Shown: piece by piece, positions 10,617 through 23,837 of the stretch
Layout of the letters: the number at the start of each line of letters is the position of its first letter
How positions within the stretch are numbered: position 1 is the first letter of the stretch
NCBI GenBank assembly: GCA_002245135.1
Contig: NGBS01000344.1
Span: 1-47,598, forward strand
Source of the DNA: Proteromonas lacertae
Taxonomy: Eukaryota
Reading direction: 5' to 3'
Length of the DNA: 47,598 bases
The notes under the pieces: generated by a model
Seen by the model: the letters and a program-made list of their open reading frames with translations, nothing else
Told to the model about the DNA's origin: nothing
The model's database searches: none
Translations under genes and position numbers: made by a program

Positions 10617-11508
10617 GTTATCTGATAAGCACGATATTAGAGATACTCTTGAATATAATCATAAAGCAATCTTTTTTGAGAGTATTGAAGAATTAGTGAA
10701 AAATAAGAAACGTTCTTCTATTTTTACACAAAAGAAATTTGACGAATACATAAAATGTATTAGAGACTACAAGCATAAAGGTTTTGAATTCAATGAAACT
10801 GATGGTAAGCTTACATGCAAAGGAAAAGAGATCATAACAATTGATAAAGCTTTTACACTTATTGAGAAATTACATTTGGAGTTTGCTCATCTTAAATCTG
10901 ATCCTCTCTTTGATAAGATTCAAGAAATGAATTTATATGGAATAACAAGAGAAGTTGTAGAAATATATGTTAAATTATGCAATGGATGCAAAGAAACAAA
11001 GAAAATAACATTACAGAAACCAGTAAAGCCGATTATATCTCATTATCCTAAAGATCGTGTGGTAATTGATTTAATTGAAATGACAGCATTTAATCCACAT
11101 AAAAAAAGAGGTAAATACAATTATATATTGACAATGATAGATCATTATTCAAATTTTACAATGCTTTACCCACAAAAGACGAAAACAGATAGAGAAACAG
11201 TGAAGAATGTCCAGTCCTATATTAGAATCTTCGGTCCTCCAAGAATAATTCAATCTGATAATGGTGCAGAGTTTAAGAACAAATTGATGAAGGATTTATT
11301 AGAAAAGTACAATATTAAAGAAGTCCACAGCTCTCCAAGACATCCGCAATGCAATGGTAAAGTTGAAAGAATGAATAGATTAGTCAAAGAAACAATTACA
11401 AGTTATCACAATATTGAACCAAAAGTTTATTGGATAAATTTTATAGAAAGAACAATTGAAAGAATAAACTCATCAAAATGTAGAAGAACAAGATGTAAAG
11501 CTATATGA
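10617..11508 (+). CDS. Retroviral-like (rve) integrase/transposase of Ginger type
   Basis: HHCC finger LHLEFAH...LCNGC; DDE core VVIDLIEM, IIQSDNGAEF, PRHPQCNGKVERMN; also YILTMIDHYS. Frame is open back to a splice acceptor at ~10616. Confidence 0.93.
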
Positions 11509-11517
11509 TTATTTTTT

Positions 11518-13936
11518 ATGAGTGTTAATGAGATAATGAAACAGAATCCAAAGTTTAAACTTGAAGGAATAGTAGAAGAAGATTATGATGATGATAATAA
11601 TGATGATGATGTTTGTGATTATATTGATGATGATGTTTGTGATTATATTGATGATACTGATAATGAACTTGATGAATTATACTTCGATTATGAAGATAAA
11701 GATGATATAGATAACAATGAAATGAAGAAAAAGAAAAGAGAAGATGATAATTACAAAAAGAACGAGAAAAAGTTTAAAAAAGAAAATAGCAGGAAGAAAG
11801 ATAAAGATGATAATTTAGATGATAATTTAGATAATAATAGTTTAGAAGAAGACATAGTTGAGAATATAAATGATGATAAAAGTATAGATGAAACACTTTT
11901 AGATATTGAGAAGAATGAGAAAGAGACAATAGCGAAGAATGAAAAGATAAATAACCATGAAATTAAAGAGTTGAAATCAGTAAAAGATAAGAAGTTTACA
12001 AAAAATAAAAAGGTCTATGAAGATGAAATAGTAGATATTATTAATGAAACTAATGAAGATAATGATGAAGAAGAATCGACAGAAGAGGAAACTGAAAGTA
12101 ATGAGTTTATTGCTAATGTAACAAAGCACTTCAAAGCAGCAAATCAAATATATGATGAAATGAAAACTAGACAATATAAATATAATAATAATATGGTAAA
12201 TGTTTCCAAAAAGAAATTAAAAGGAAAAGAAATAGCTCTTAAAGAGGGAGATGTTGTTGTATATTCTGAAAATAGAAAGAATTATCAAGATAGAAACAAG
12301 TTTGCAATAGTTAAACAGGATAAGAAGGCGAAGAAAGAAAAGTTATATATAATGTATATTATTATTATATATATATATGTATATATAGAACTGATGATTA
12401 TAAAACTATTAGAATAAGACCATCAACGCCTGTACATAAAATACAACTCACAGAGGAAGTAAATGCTGTTACTAAAAGAAAAGCCAGTAAAATATATGTA
12501 CATATAAATATATATACAATATAATATAGATCGATAATACTCCACAAAAGAAGAATAAATATTGTTCAGAATCTGATATTGAAAGAATACACGACATTGT
12601 AAGAAATCCTAAGCTTAATGCTGTTTATGAAACAATAGCTATTCCTTTCAATGATAATATTGAACAAAATCAAGTTGATGAAAGAAAATTAAAATATGTA
12701 ATAGAATTGATGAATAGAATAGGTAAAGAACAATTGGATCTTGAAGATTTACAATATTTATTAAAATTATATTATTATAATAATATTTATAAAGATTATG
12801 ATAATAATTATTTACATGATGGAAAGTTTGAAAAGTTTTTAATCATATCCAATGGCATTTATTACACTATGGTTGTTAACAATAAAAAACAAACAGTTAA
12901 TATCATAGATCCATCAGGCGAAGGTAACTATGATGAAGATTTAAAGAAATTATCTACTCATGTTACAAGTACAGATGGAAATGATTATAAAGTAATGTAT
13001 GATGTCATCGAAGTAACCCATCCACAAGCAACAGAAATAATAGCATTAATTACTTTCATGGCAAGTATTAAAAAAACTCAATTTGGATTTATAGACAACG
13101 CATTAATGGAAATACTTTTCAAAGATTATTTAAAAACCTTGGTTAACAATCATTCCAGAATTATAGAGTTAGCATATATAGAAGTTATGCCGATTAAAGA
13201 AGATAATGCCAATGATCAAAACATCTTGTACGATGAAGTTCAATACAATTCATTAAATTTTTTGGATAAAGTTAGACTCAACTATCAATATAACGATGAA
13301 GGAGTAAGATATTATGGAACAGAAAAGGATTATTTTATTAGAAAAGTAAATGATATAAAGGATGTTTTAGACAAAGATACAATGTTGGATGATGACCAAT
13401 TCAAGATTCTCCTACATTTTATGAATAGTAATAATGATCATGTTGTAGATCCATTACTATTTTATTATCAAGACAAAGCCAAAATCAAAATCAACATAAA
13501 TGGAATATATTTTTTTCCAGTTGTTAAAGATTTACATTGGACGTTGTTTGAAGCAGATTATATAATAAACAGATACATCAAAATTACAGTTTATGATTCA
13601 ATGGGTTATTTTAGAAATAATAATAAAGAAAGAAGTGAAATAGTTAATACAATCTCATCAATATTTGTAATGAACAGTGAAGATTATGAACTTAAAGTGA
13701 AGTATCATGAATCCAAGTTGATGCAAGGTAAGGACAACAGTTGTGGTTATTATGTGTTATTTTTCTTAGCTGCGAGAATCAACTTCTTGGATATTGAAAA
13801 GATCCCAAACATTGAATCATTTAATATTGACTATTTTATCAAAGATATTAAGAAAGGATTACAGAATTTAGATGATAATGAAAAGGCAAAGATGTATTTC
13901 TATGCAAGTAAAAGACCAACTTATTACAAGAATTAA
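11518..13936 (+). CDS. C-terminal extension of the transposase: acidic linker, short exons, Ulp1/C48-type cysteine protease
   Basis: Same frame as the integrase after a single TGA. AT-rich introns at ~12342-12388 and ~12487-12529. Catalytic order FFPVVKDLHWTL (His), ITVYDSM (Asp), MQGKDNSCGYYVL (Gln/Cys). Confidence 0.82.
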
Positions 13937-14056
13937 TGCACTCATTATTACTTCTATTACTATTATAAACACTATATTTCTTATATTCTATTAATAATTT
14001 TTAATTTTTGAGTATAAAATAAAAAGCAACTGCATAATTTAAAACTATGTATAATT

Positions 14057-14929
14057 TGAATTACAATATTGTTCAGCTTTATAAATATATTATAAAATAT
14101 GAAATTATGTAATTTTGACTTAATCGATTAAGAAAATTTTTGAAATTTTGATATTCATTACATGTGATTATATATAAATGTAAATCACTTAATAAGCATT
14201 TGAATTATAATAATTTTGTTTCATTTCAATATAGATAATGTAGTTAAAAATCGATTCCGCCATATGGGGACTCCAATTTCATTCATCTCCCATATGGCTT
14301 TTAGAAGACTTACATTCATTTCATTTATATGAATGAATTACAATATTGTTCAGCTTTATAACTATATTATAAAATATGAAATTATGTAATTTTGACTTAA
14401 TCGATTAAGAAAATTTTTGAAATTTTGATATTCATTACATGTGATTATATATAAATGTAAATCACTTAATAAGCATTTGAATTATAATAATTTTGTTTCA
14501 TTTCAATATAGATAATGTAGTTAAAAATCGATTCCGCCATATGGGGACTCCAATTTCATTCATCTCCCATATGGCTTTTAGAAGACTTACATTCATTTCA
14601 TTTATATGAATGAATTACAATATTGTTCAGCTTTATAAATATATTATAAAATATGAAATTATGTAATTTTGACTTAATCGATTAAGAAAATTTTTGAAAT
14701 TTTGATATTCATTACATGTGATTATATATAAATGTAAATCACTTAATAAGCATTTGAATTATAATAATTTTGTTTCATTTCAATATAGATAATGTAGTTA
14801 AAAATCGATTCCGCCATATGGGGACTCCAATTTCATTCATCTCCCATATGGCTTTTAGAAGACTTACATTCATTTCATTTATATGAATGAATTACAATAT
14901 TGTTCAGCTTTATAACTATATTATAAAAT
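14057..14929. repeat. Tandem array, 277-bp unit, ~3.15 copies
   Basis: TGAATTACAATATTGTTCAGC recurs at 14057, 14334, 14611 and 14888; units near-identical. Confidence 0.95.
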
Positions 14930-15294
14930 TATATGAAAGTCAAAATTATAGAAATTCGATATTTAATGTATCTCATTTTTATAAAATCTTAAAGTATCAG
15001 TCTATAATATTGCAGAATATATTATTAAATAATTTTATGACTACTTTAGCATAAAAGAATTAGTAAATGTTTTAAAAATAGAAAAATTGCACAATTAAGG
15101 GGGTGAAAAAATTAAGGAATTTCATTATATTTTTTCGATTATCATAATAACCAGATGGAATTTTTTTATAATATTTTATAATATTCTTAGTTAGAATATG
15201 TACTAATAGAATATTAAATAATATTAAATATATTGGTGAATTGAGTGATATCGTCTCATGTCTTACATATGATAAAGTTTATTATATATTTGTT

Positions 15295-15398
15295 AATAAC
15301 TAACTCCGATCATCATGAATATCATATTAGTTTTGATTGAATCATTCTGCAATATAGATTTCCGCCATACGGGGATTTCCGCCATACGGGGAAGAACA
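15295..15398 (-). repeat. Right terminal inverted repeat (with internal ~17-bp duplication)
   Basis: GATTTCCGCCATACGGG occurs twice in tandem before GAAGAACA. Confidence 0.93.
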
Positions 15399-15403
15399 GG
15401 ATG

Positions 15404-16646
15404 GACTAATACAAATAATAGATCCATCATAAATATTGCTGTGAAACAAATTAATACTTACTTTCTCGAGTCAGTATTTATTGATGAGAATCAAACAGCC
15501 AAAAATATAGTCAAACTAATAGAGACTACGTTATTAAAATATGGTATTACTCATGATAAAATTGTGGCAGTTAGCAGCGACAACAACTACACCATGAAGC
15601 GTGTAGGCAAGATAATCCAGAGTATAAACAATGCTCCTGTGATTATTTGTGGCTGTATTAGCCACACACTTAATTTAGTTTGTAAGAAAGTTTTGGAGCT
15701 TAATAAATATAAATCTATTTTAGATAAATGTAATACAATAGCTCATAAGCTAAATACGTCAGTTACGATTAGAATAATAATATTCAATAAATTGAAAAAG
15801 TTTATACAAGTAAGAAAGGGAGTTACTACTCGCTGGAGTAGTTACTTCCAGCTTTTTAAAGGTGTGTTAGATAATCAAGAGATACTTGTAAGAATTAACT
15901 TATTAGATAAGAATGAAATACCTATAATTAAAGAATTATATAATATTACAGAATATAAATACCAAAAAGTTCAATATTTGAGTAGAGACAATTCTACTCT
16001 TTCATTTGCATATAAAGTACTCTCTAAAGCTAAAAAGGATCTATGTAGAATGAGTAGCACAGAAAAAGAAAAAATAAGTGTAATATATCAAAAAGAGAAG
16101 AAACTAATCAATTATAGTATATTGATATTAAGTGAGTATTTAGACGTGAGTAGTTCCAAAAAGTTTAATGAAAGAATTGTTAATAGTATAAAAAGATACA
16201 TTTTAAATAGATTTTCTCATATTTGTGATAAAAAGCTTACAGAAGAGTTATATTATTTTGAAAATAGAATGAGATATGGAATGTCTCCAGCTAATATTTT
16301 TGATAATTCGAAGGAAATGAATCCGAAGATATGGTACAATAGCTACGGATGTTATTTTCCCAATTTGAAAAGAATATTTGATTATCTAAACATAATCCCT
16401 ACAAGTTCTGCATATATTGAAAGAACGTTTAGTATTGAGTCATTTATTCATAATAAAACAAGGAACAAACTCAATATTAGTTTAATTAATAATATGATGA
16501 GAATAAAAATGAAACAGCTAAATGACAGAATAACTACAAATGAAGATAGTTATGACCATGACGATTATGATGAAGATGAAGAAAGTGATTATGATGAGAC
16601 CACCACAAAGCCCAACTTATTAATTATATTTCTTTTTTATTATTAA
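15404..16646 (+). pseudogene. hAT transposase, C-terminal part
   Basis: WTNTNNRSIINI, VSSDNNYTM, CISHTLNL (CxxH), TRWSS, IPTSSAYIERTFS (hATC dimerisation domain with catalytic Glu), RNKL. Confidence 0.93.
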
Positions 16647-16730
16647 TTTATTTTTTACAGAAATTAAAAAAAATTTAAGATTCTGTAGAATAATATCTCA
16701 TATTGGTAGTTGAGTGTGAGGAAATGGACT

Positions 16731-16800
16731 TCCCGATAGGGTTTTGTCCCGGGACGTGTCCCGTCCCTATCCCTCGTCCTATCCCCGTCCTGCCTACCCA
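16731..16800. repeat. GC-rich cluster of GTCC(C/T) motifs, probable hAT subterminal repeats
   Basis: TTTTGTCCCGGGACGTGTCCCGTCCCTATCCCTCGTCCTATCCCCGTCCTG just downstream of the transposase; no matching left TIR or TSD found. Confidence 0.55.
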
Positions 16801-16914
16801 AGAACATAACATATGTTGAAATTATTAATCTTTGTAATTATTTTATTTTTTAAATCGCTAGAATATATTAACATATATGTCTCATTAACATATTGATGTA
16901 AAAGAAAATTTTCT

Positions 16915-19900
16915 TTATTTAATATCTTCAACAAAAGTGTTTAATTCATCAAATGTAAAACATATTGTTCTTATCTTTTTCTTTGCTTCTTCAAAAAGTT
17001 TAGATTTATCAGTTTTATAAGTCATTGGTTGAAAAATTTTGGGATATTTAGATATTTTTCGATTATCTTTTAATCTTACACTAACTTCGTTATTTGGGCT
17101 TATATAAAATAAACCATATGGAGAATTATTATTAATAGCTGTTTTGTGTTTGAAAAACATTTTATATAGATTTTGAAGAATCATTATCATTTCAGGTGCT
17201 AATGAATGACTCTTTCCAACAGTAATTTGAATTCCATATGAACCTAGTAATAAATCAATATCGGGGTGATTATGTTTATAATTTAAGTCAATAATTGGAA
17301 ATTCTTTCTTCTTATAATTAAAAGTGTCTATTTCTTTCTGTAAATCACCATCATCTGAAACTTTAACTATTTCTTTTTTATCAAAGACAACATATTTATT
17401 CTTTTTATCATCTAAGTAATATTCTTTAATTTCATTAATCAAACTATCATAAAAAGTTTTACAATTCTTCATTAAATATGATATAATTCTTTCATATAAT
17501 AATCCAGCTAAACTTCCTACTGGATTTTCTTTTAATAGTTTTATCATTTTTTCACAACTTTCTTTATCATTTATCTTATAAAGTTTATCACATACCATCT
17601 TTTTGACTTCTTCAGATATAAATATAAGACCATTGGATTTTATAATACCATTTTCATCTTCATATGTATCATATATCAATATATTATCATATTCACCTTT
17701 TGAAAATGGAGATTTATTTATTCCTTTTAATATTTCTTCCATTATCACTTTGTTCTTTTCATCATTAATTGCAGTATTTATATATTTTTCACTATCTTCA
17801 TTTTTATAAAAACCAATAATACCTTTATATAATGGATATTTTTCTTCATACACTTTTTTCCACTTGTTATATTTATTCTTATTGAAAAATATTTGTGATT
17901 CATTAGAATTTATTTCATCACTATTTGTAAATCCTTTATATGTAATATCCAGTTCAATTCCATTCAATTTTCTAACTTCAATAAATCTTGTTTCTCCAAC
18001 TTTCTCTACTTCTTCTTGTGTTAATTGAGGTATATACATTATTGATGGAAATCTTTTACTTTGAAATGTTTTATACTGATTCTTGGATGGATTAGCTAAT
18101 AATATTATCATTTTTGCATCTGCATAATCATCTTCACCAATTACAACTTCATCAGAAATTACTATTTGAAATTTATTTTTCTTATCATAATATTCTTTGT
18201 TTTTGTAAGGACAGGTTTTTCCTTTAATTAAATGTAATATACTAACACTTTTACCGAATGCCTTATGAATATCCTCTCTAATGATATCAACAAACTTTGA
18301 CTTTCCTATTCCATTATGACCAAATATTAAATAATTTCTTTGGTTATCATTATTAATATTAAAATTTGAAGGGAAAATAATATTCAACATCTTTTTATAA
18401 CATTCTCTCACCAAAGTAACTTTACTATTATGTATATACACTTCCATTTTTGATAAAACTATTCTATTAGTAGTACTTGATGATAATAATGTTAGTGATG
18501 GTAATTTTGGTGGTGATGTTGTAGCTGATGGTGGTGATGATATATTCCATTGTTGCTCATCTTCTTTTTCTATTTCTACTTCTTGTTTTTCTTTTCTTTC
18601 CGATTGTTTCTGTTCTATTTCTACTTCTTGTTTTTCTTTTCCTTCTTGTTTCTGTTCATTGTCATCATCTTCATCCTGTCCATTATCTTCTTCTTCTTCT
18701 TCTTCTTGACTTAATGATATAGGAAAAGTATCATTATATTTTACTCTTCTATTTAGTATTATACAACATTTAAACTCATATCTTTCATTCATATTATATT
18801 TCTATTTAATTATAAATATAAATATATGTATATACTCTTATAGATTCTTTTATTTTTTCTTGTATTTCATCATCATTCTTAACTTTTTCATTATTCAGAA
18901 GTACTTTTATAAATACTCCATTCATTATCAAGTCAAAGAAATTATTTTCATCCAATATATAAAACACTGATTGTAAAGAATTTGGAGGATGATAAACTGG
19001 AACATATAACTCAGAATTCATTTCAAAATTAGAATCTTCATAGTTGAACTCAATCATACCAGTACTTAATTCATATGCTATTATCTGTTTTAATGCCATT
19101 CTTCTCATATATATATCATTAGTTGATGTATAATATTCTTCAATCTGATGATATTCTTTTTCATTTTTAGGTGGATTAAATTTACATACTATATATCTTT
19201 CTACTTCTTCAGAAATGAATTTCAATTTTCTTTCTGGTTGTAGTGTCATTCTTCCAACTTCATTATCCCATACTTGTTTTAAATCATATTTTAATATAAT
19301 GTTAGATAATTCTTTCAATTTATCTTTTCCCATATAATCATTTACAAACTGAATATAACCTGTTGTTCCTACTACACTTTCTATTAACTGCTTATAATAT
19401 TTCCAATAATCTCTATTATAATTATTGTTATACAAATAATGGTAATATATTTGTCGAGGATTATTACCATACTTTTCACATATTAGATCAAATTCAGTAC
19501 CTTTATCAAAATTAATACAATATGTAAACCATTCTTCTATTTCTGTTTTATTTAAAGTATCAAAATATAAATTTTTAGTATTGTTATCAATATATGTTTC
19601 ATGATTTTTAAAATCAGGAGAACTGATTGATATTACTATATTACTATCCTCAAACTCCTCATTATAAGTATCAACTATTATCAACGAATACTTAATATCA
19701 TGTGGATTTATTTTGATTTTAAATAGTATATATTCTCCATTAATATTTTCAAACTTGTATACTTCACCTTGTTTTATATCACCATATTTCTTCCCTTTAA
19801 TGAAATATATGTTTTTCATCTTTTTACAAGCATCGAAAACATAATAATTAAATCCAATACCTAAATCTTCTTTTACTTCAACATCTTTTATTTCATTAAT

Positions 19901-22176
19901 TTTATCTATTATTTCATCTTCTTTCTTTTTCATGTCTATTTTTGTTTCATTAAACTCTTTTGTAATACTATTAATTTCACTAGTAATTTCTGTTTTTCTT
20001 CGTTTATATAATTGTATTGATTGATTCATTTTCTTTATATTCACCAATCTGTTTAATATTCTTTCTGTTATTACTCTTTTACATATAACATCATTATCAT
20101 TTATATTTTTTCTTTTTATCCAATTTTTAAATTGATTTAATTCTTTATCATTAATTACTTTTTTAGCATCATTCAAATTAATGATTTCCTCCAAATTCAA
20201 ATTATTCTTTCCTTCATATATTGTGTTAGTTAAATTTTTATTATGTTTGATTGTCATTTCTTTATCATATATTTTCAATTTATATGTTTTTCCTTTTTGA
20301 GTGTATAAATCATGCTTATCTTTTTTATCATCTATTGTTTTAATCCTATTAATCTCTTTTGTAATATCTTCTTTTAAAATATTAATAGATTTATTACTTT
20401 CTTTTATATCAGCTTTAAGTTGTTTTATTACAATATTCAAATCAACAATTCTTTTCTCCTTTTCTTTATTCAATTCATTCAGAAATTCTTCTATCTCTTC
20501 ATTTTCTTTATTCAACTGTATTTTCTTCAAATATTCTTTTTCTTCTTCTCTATAATCATATGATAGATTATTCTTTAAAAAGAACAACAATACATATATG
20601 AAAGAGGTTTTGCCAATACCTGGTTGACCTGTAATGACTATGGAATCTATTTCATCACTTGATAAGAGTTTACATATATCTCTAAACATTGAATTGTAAC
20701 AATCTCTTATGTAAATAATATTCTTTGGAAACTGGAATACTTTCACATTGGCTTTTGAGAACTCTAAATATTTCTTTGTTTCACCAATTTCAACAGCATT
20801 ACTATTTTCATCGAGTTTAGTAAGTTCAATTATTTTCAAATTATTCACTATTTTAACGAAAGTATCTGGTGAATCTAAGTACTTTGTATTTTCATCATCA
20901 AAATATGTTAATAGTATTATTAAATCATTTATATCACTATTAGATAAATAATCTTCTTGAATTTCATTTAATAAAAATATATCTTCTATTCTTTCTTTTA
21001 TTACATTAATATCAATATTTGTTGGATTGGCTTTGATTGATAATAGTTCAGATATCCAGTAATACTTTTCATAGTTGTATATACTACAAATAGTATTTGG
21101 CACTTTATTCCATGAATTACAGCTTTACCATCTTCAATATTAATTGCATTAAATAAATGATAATCCTTTTTCTCTATATAATATTCTATTAATTTCACTA
21201 AACCTTTTCTATCACCAATACTAATACATGGATATATTGATGAAGGTAAGTTTTCATACACTAGTTTTTCAATACCATTTTCCTGTTTAATAAACATTTT
21301 CTTTTCATTCATATTATATTTCACTTCATATATTTCTCCTCTACTTCCTTGAATTGAAGATACTATTGGTATTGTTTCATCTCCAATTGTATAACCAAAG
21401 CTAATATTTTCATTACTAACACATTTTATCTCAAAATAGAAATGATAAATTCCACTTTTCTCTTTCATTTCTTCATTTATTGTAAAATAATACTTATTAC
21501 TACGTATATCTTGAAATAACTGATTACACACTACATATTGAATTTCATCCATTTTATTACCACCATTACTGCCATTATTATCATAGCTGTACAATTCATT
21601 GATAGACTTTTTGTAATTAACTACATTACAACTTTTATCTTGAGTAGTATTAATATCATATTTTCTAATTGTATATCTTTCTATCATAGGTAATGGAAGA
21701 TTCCAACTGCTTAAATATTTAACTGAATCATTTTTACCATCAATATATGGGTAAACTGTTGTTGAACTAATTCTACATACACTCACTTCTTTGTTATTTC
21801 CTTGTCTAATTGACATTCTTTTGTTAATCATATCATATATCACTTCATATGTATCTCCTACTGTTGCAACGACAAATGCATCATCTTCACTAATTGAATC
21901 TTCTTTCAGACGATAACCAAAACTAATACCATCAGTTAAACTCTCTACTTTGACTTTGAAATGATAAATCTTATTCTCCATCTTTTCGGAGATTAAACAA
22001 TCTTCTTTAGGAACATCTATATTAACGATTTCTGTCATTTCTTCTTCCATACCTTCTTTATCTTCATCTTTATCTTCTGTTTTTCGTTTTTTGGTATTTT
22101 TATCTACTTTGTCTTCATATGTTGACTTTCTCTTTTCTATTAAAAAAGTAATAACATGCAAAAGAATACCACGCAT
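16915..22176 (-). CDS. Large Crinkler/RHS-like protein: two SPRY-like repeats, P-loop NTPase with coiled-coil insert, second NTPase and PD-(D/E)xK-like nuclease
   Basis: Walker A motifs ITGQPGIGKT and IFGHNGIGKS, each preceded by YIRDCY/LVRECY. C-terminal PDIDLLLGSYGIQITVGKSHSL. A 34-nt intron (18802-18835) joins two ORFs in frame; one 1-nt frameshift near 21105. Confidence 0.7.
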
Positions 22177-23197
22177 TTGATCTATTAACAATATTAATTA
22201 AAATAATGGCTTTGAATTAGTTGGTTGATTAGATATGAGCAAAAATAATTATTGCATGTAGAAATAACCAATCAAATTGCTCCACGTATAACCAATCAAA
22301 TTGCAGAATTTGATTTTTTGAAATTGTTTTATTGATTTATAGAGAGATGAAGCTTTTTCGTTTCAATTAAAATACAAATAAAATGTAACAATTTAAAATC
22401 TCTCTTAATTGTTACAAATTAATGGTAAGATCTTTTTCTACATTCCTAATCAATCATCTCTTTCATTCGATGAATACTTTTTAGGTAGTTCTACTCAACT
22501 TGTCTTTACCTGCACTATGAGAATTTTTTAACTTTTTTGTAGTTTTCTTAACATATAGTTAATAAATCGGCTAATAGAGTAGGATCGGCTAAAACCTTCG
22601 GTTTTCACTTAGCCGTCCGTTGGCCAAGCTTCATGCTATATTTTTGCTAATTAACAACTTCATCTGAAGATGCTCAGAAGATATGTTAGATTTTGATAAA
22701 TTACTTATCTAAGTCATGTTGTTCCTTGAGTACAACTCCCCGTTCAGCGACTAGCGACTTTATAAACAAACTAAATGCATATTCTTACTTGATTAAAAAT
22801 AGTTATAGCGCCATAAATCTTATATTGAAATTTGTCTGACTATTATTAATTATTTTAACTTTTCTGAAATGTGCGTTGTGTTTGGACATCATCAATGTTA
22901 ATCATTAGAAACAATTAGATCGTTTTAGGTATCAGTCTATTATACATAATATCTGAGTAATTAGTAACAAATATTTATACGTATAATTAAGTATATTTGT
23001 TTGTAAGATAAAATTTTTTAGAGATTATATTTAAAATAGAATATATCATTTATTCTAAGCTATACTACACCTAAAATAATATATAGCTATACTTTTAAGA
23101 GTAATATATTCAATTTTCAGTCTACTAATGTATTTTTAACTCTAGTAGTAATTGAATCAAAAAAAATTAAAAATAAAATTATAATTGTTTTCAATAT

Positions 23198-23790
23198 GTT
23201 GGCCATTTGTCTACCAGACACTTTTAAAACAAACTAAATGTATATTCTTACTTGTCTTGATGAAAATTGTTACTTTTATACTTACTGTGTTATATGACCT
23301 ACATCTGCAGTATACTTCTTTGTTAATATAAATAGTTTGAATATTTGCGCCGTTTGTTTTCTAGAAATTTTTGAAGCAAACTAAATGCATATTTAGCTAA
23401 TATAGACAAAAATACATTAGCTAAAATGATTAGAACAACTTAATGTTGATCATAAGATATTTAAAACAAAAAAGAAAATATAGAATCAAGCCTTATTCAA
23501 GCCTATTTTTTACATTTCTTTTTTATATAGAAAGATTTAATAATTATTATATTCTAATCATTTCAGCTAATGTATTATAGTCTATATTAGCTAAATATGC
23601 ATTTAGTTTGCTTCAAAAATTTCTAGAAAACAAACGGCGCAAATATTCAAACTATTTATATTAACAAAGAAGTATACTGCAGATGTAGGTCATATAACAC
23701 AGTAAGTATAAAAGTAACAATTTTTCATCAAGACAAGTAAGAATATGTATTTAGTTTGTTTTAAAAGTGTCTGGTAGACAAACGGCCAAC
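23198..23790. repeat. Foldback/MITE-like inverted repeat, ~238-bp arms and ~115-bp spacer
   Basis: 23198-23435 is the near-perfect reverse complement of 23552-23790. Confidence 0.9.
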
Positions 23791-23837
23791 TATGACAAAT
23801 GGCGCACAACAGTTGAGATAAAGTCCAAAAAAATATA

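Larger units (their letters stand above)
6913..15398 (+). mobile_element. Ginger/Tdd-type (Gypsy-integrase-related) cut-and-paste DNA transposon, 8,486 bp
   Basis: Starts TGTTGTTCCCCGTATGGCGGAAATC and ends GATTTCCGCCATACGGGGAAGAACA. 5-bp TSD GGATG (6908-6912 and 15399-15403). Encodes an rve integrase; no RT, gag or LTR. Confidence 0.9.

Noticed and set aside
10696..11508. LTR retrotransposon
   Set aside because: No gag, RT, RNase H or direct LTRs; the termini are inverted repeats.
1..13936. One Polinton comprising ATPase, capsids, rve integrase and cysteine protease
   Set aside because: The integrase and protease lie within their own TIR/TSD-bounded element nested in a hAT gene and contain introns, so they are not demonstrably part of the capsid-encoding element.
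14057..14929. CRISPR-like array
   Set aside because: Whole 277-bp units repeat with no unique spacers; eukaryotic context and no cas genes.
15315..15403. N-terminus of the 443-aa ORF as a real protein start
   Set aside because: The first ~28 codons are read through the Ginger TIR; the true N-terminus is at 6449-6912.
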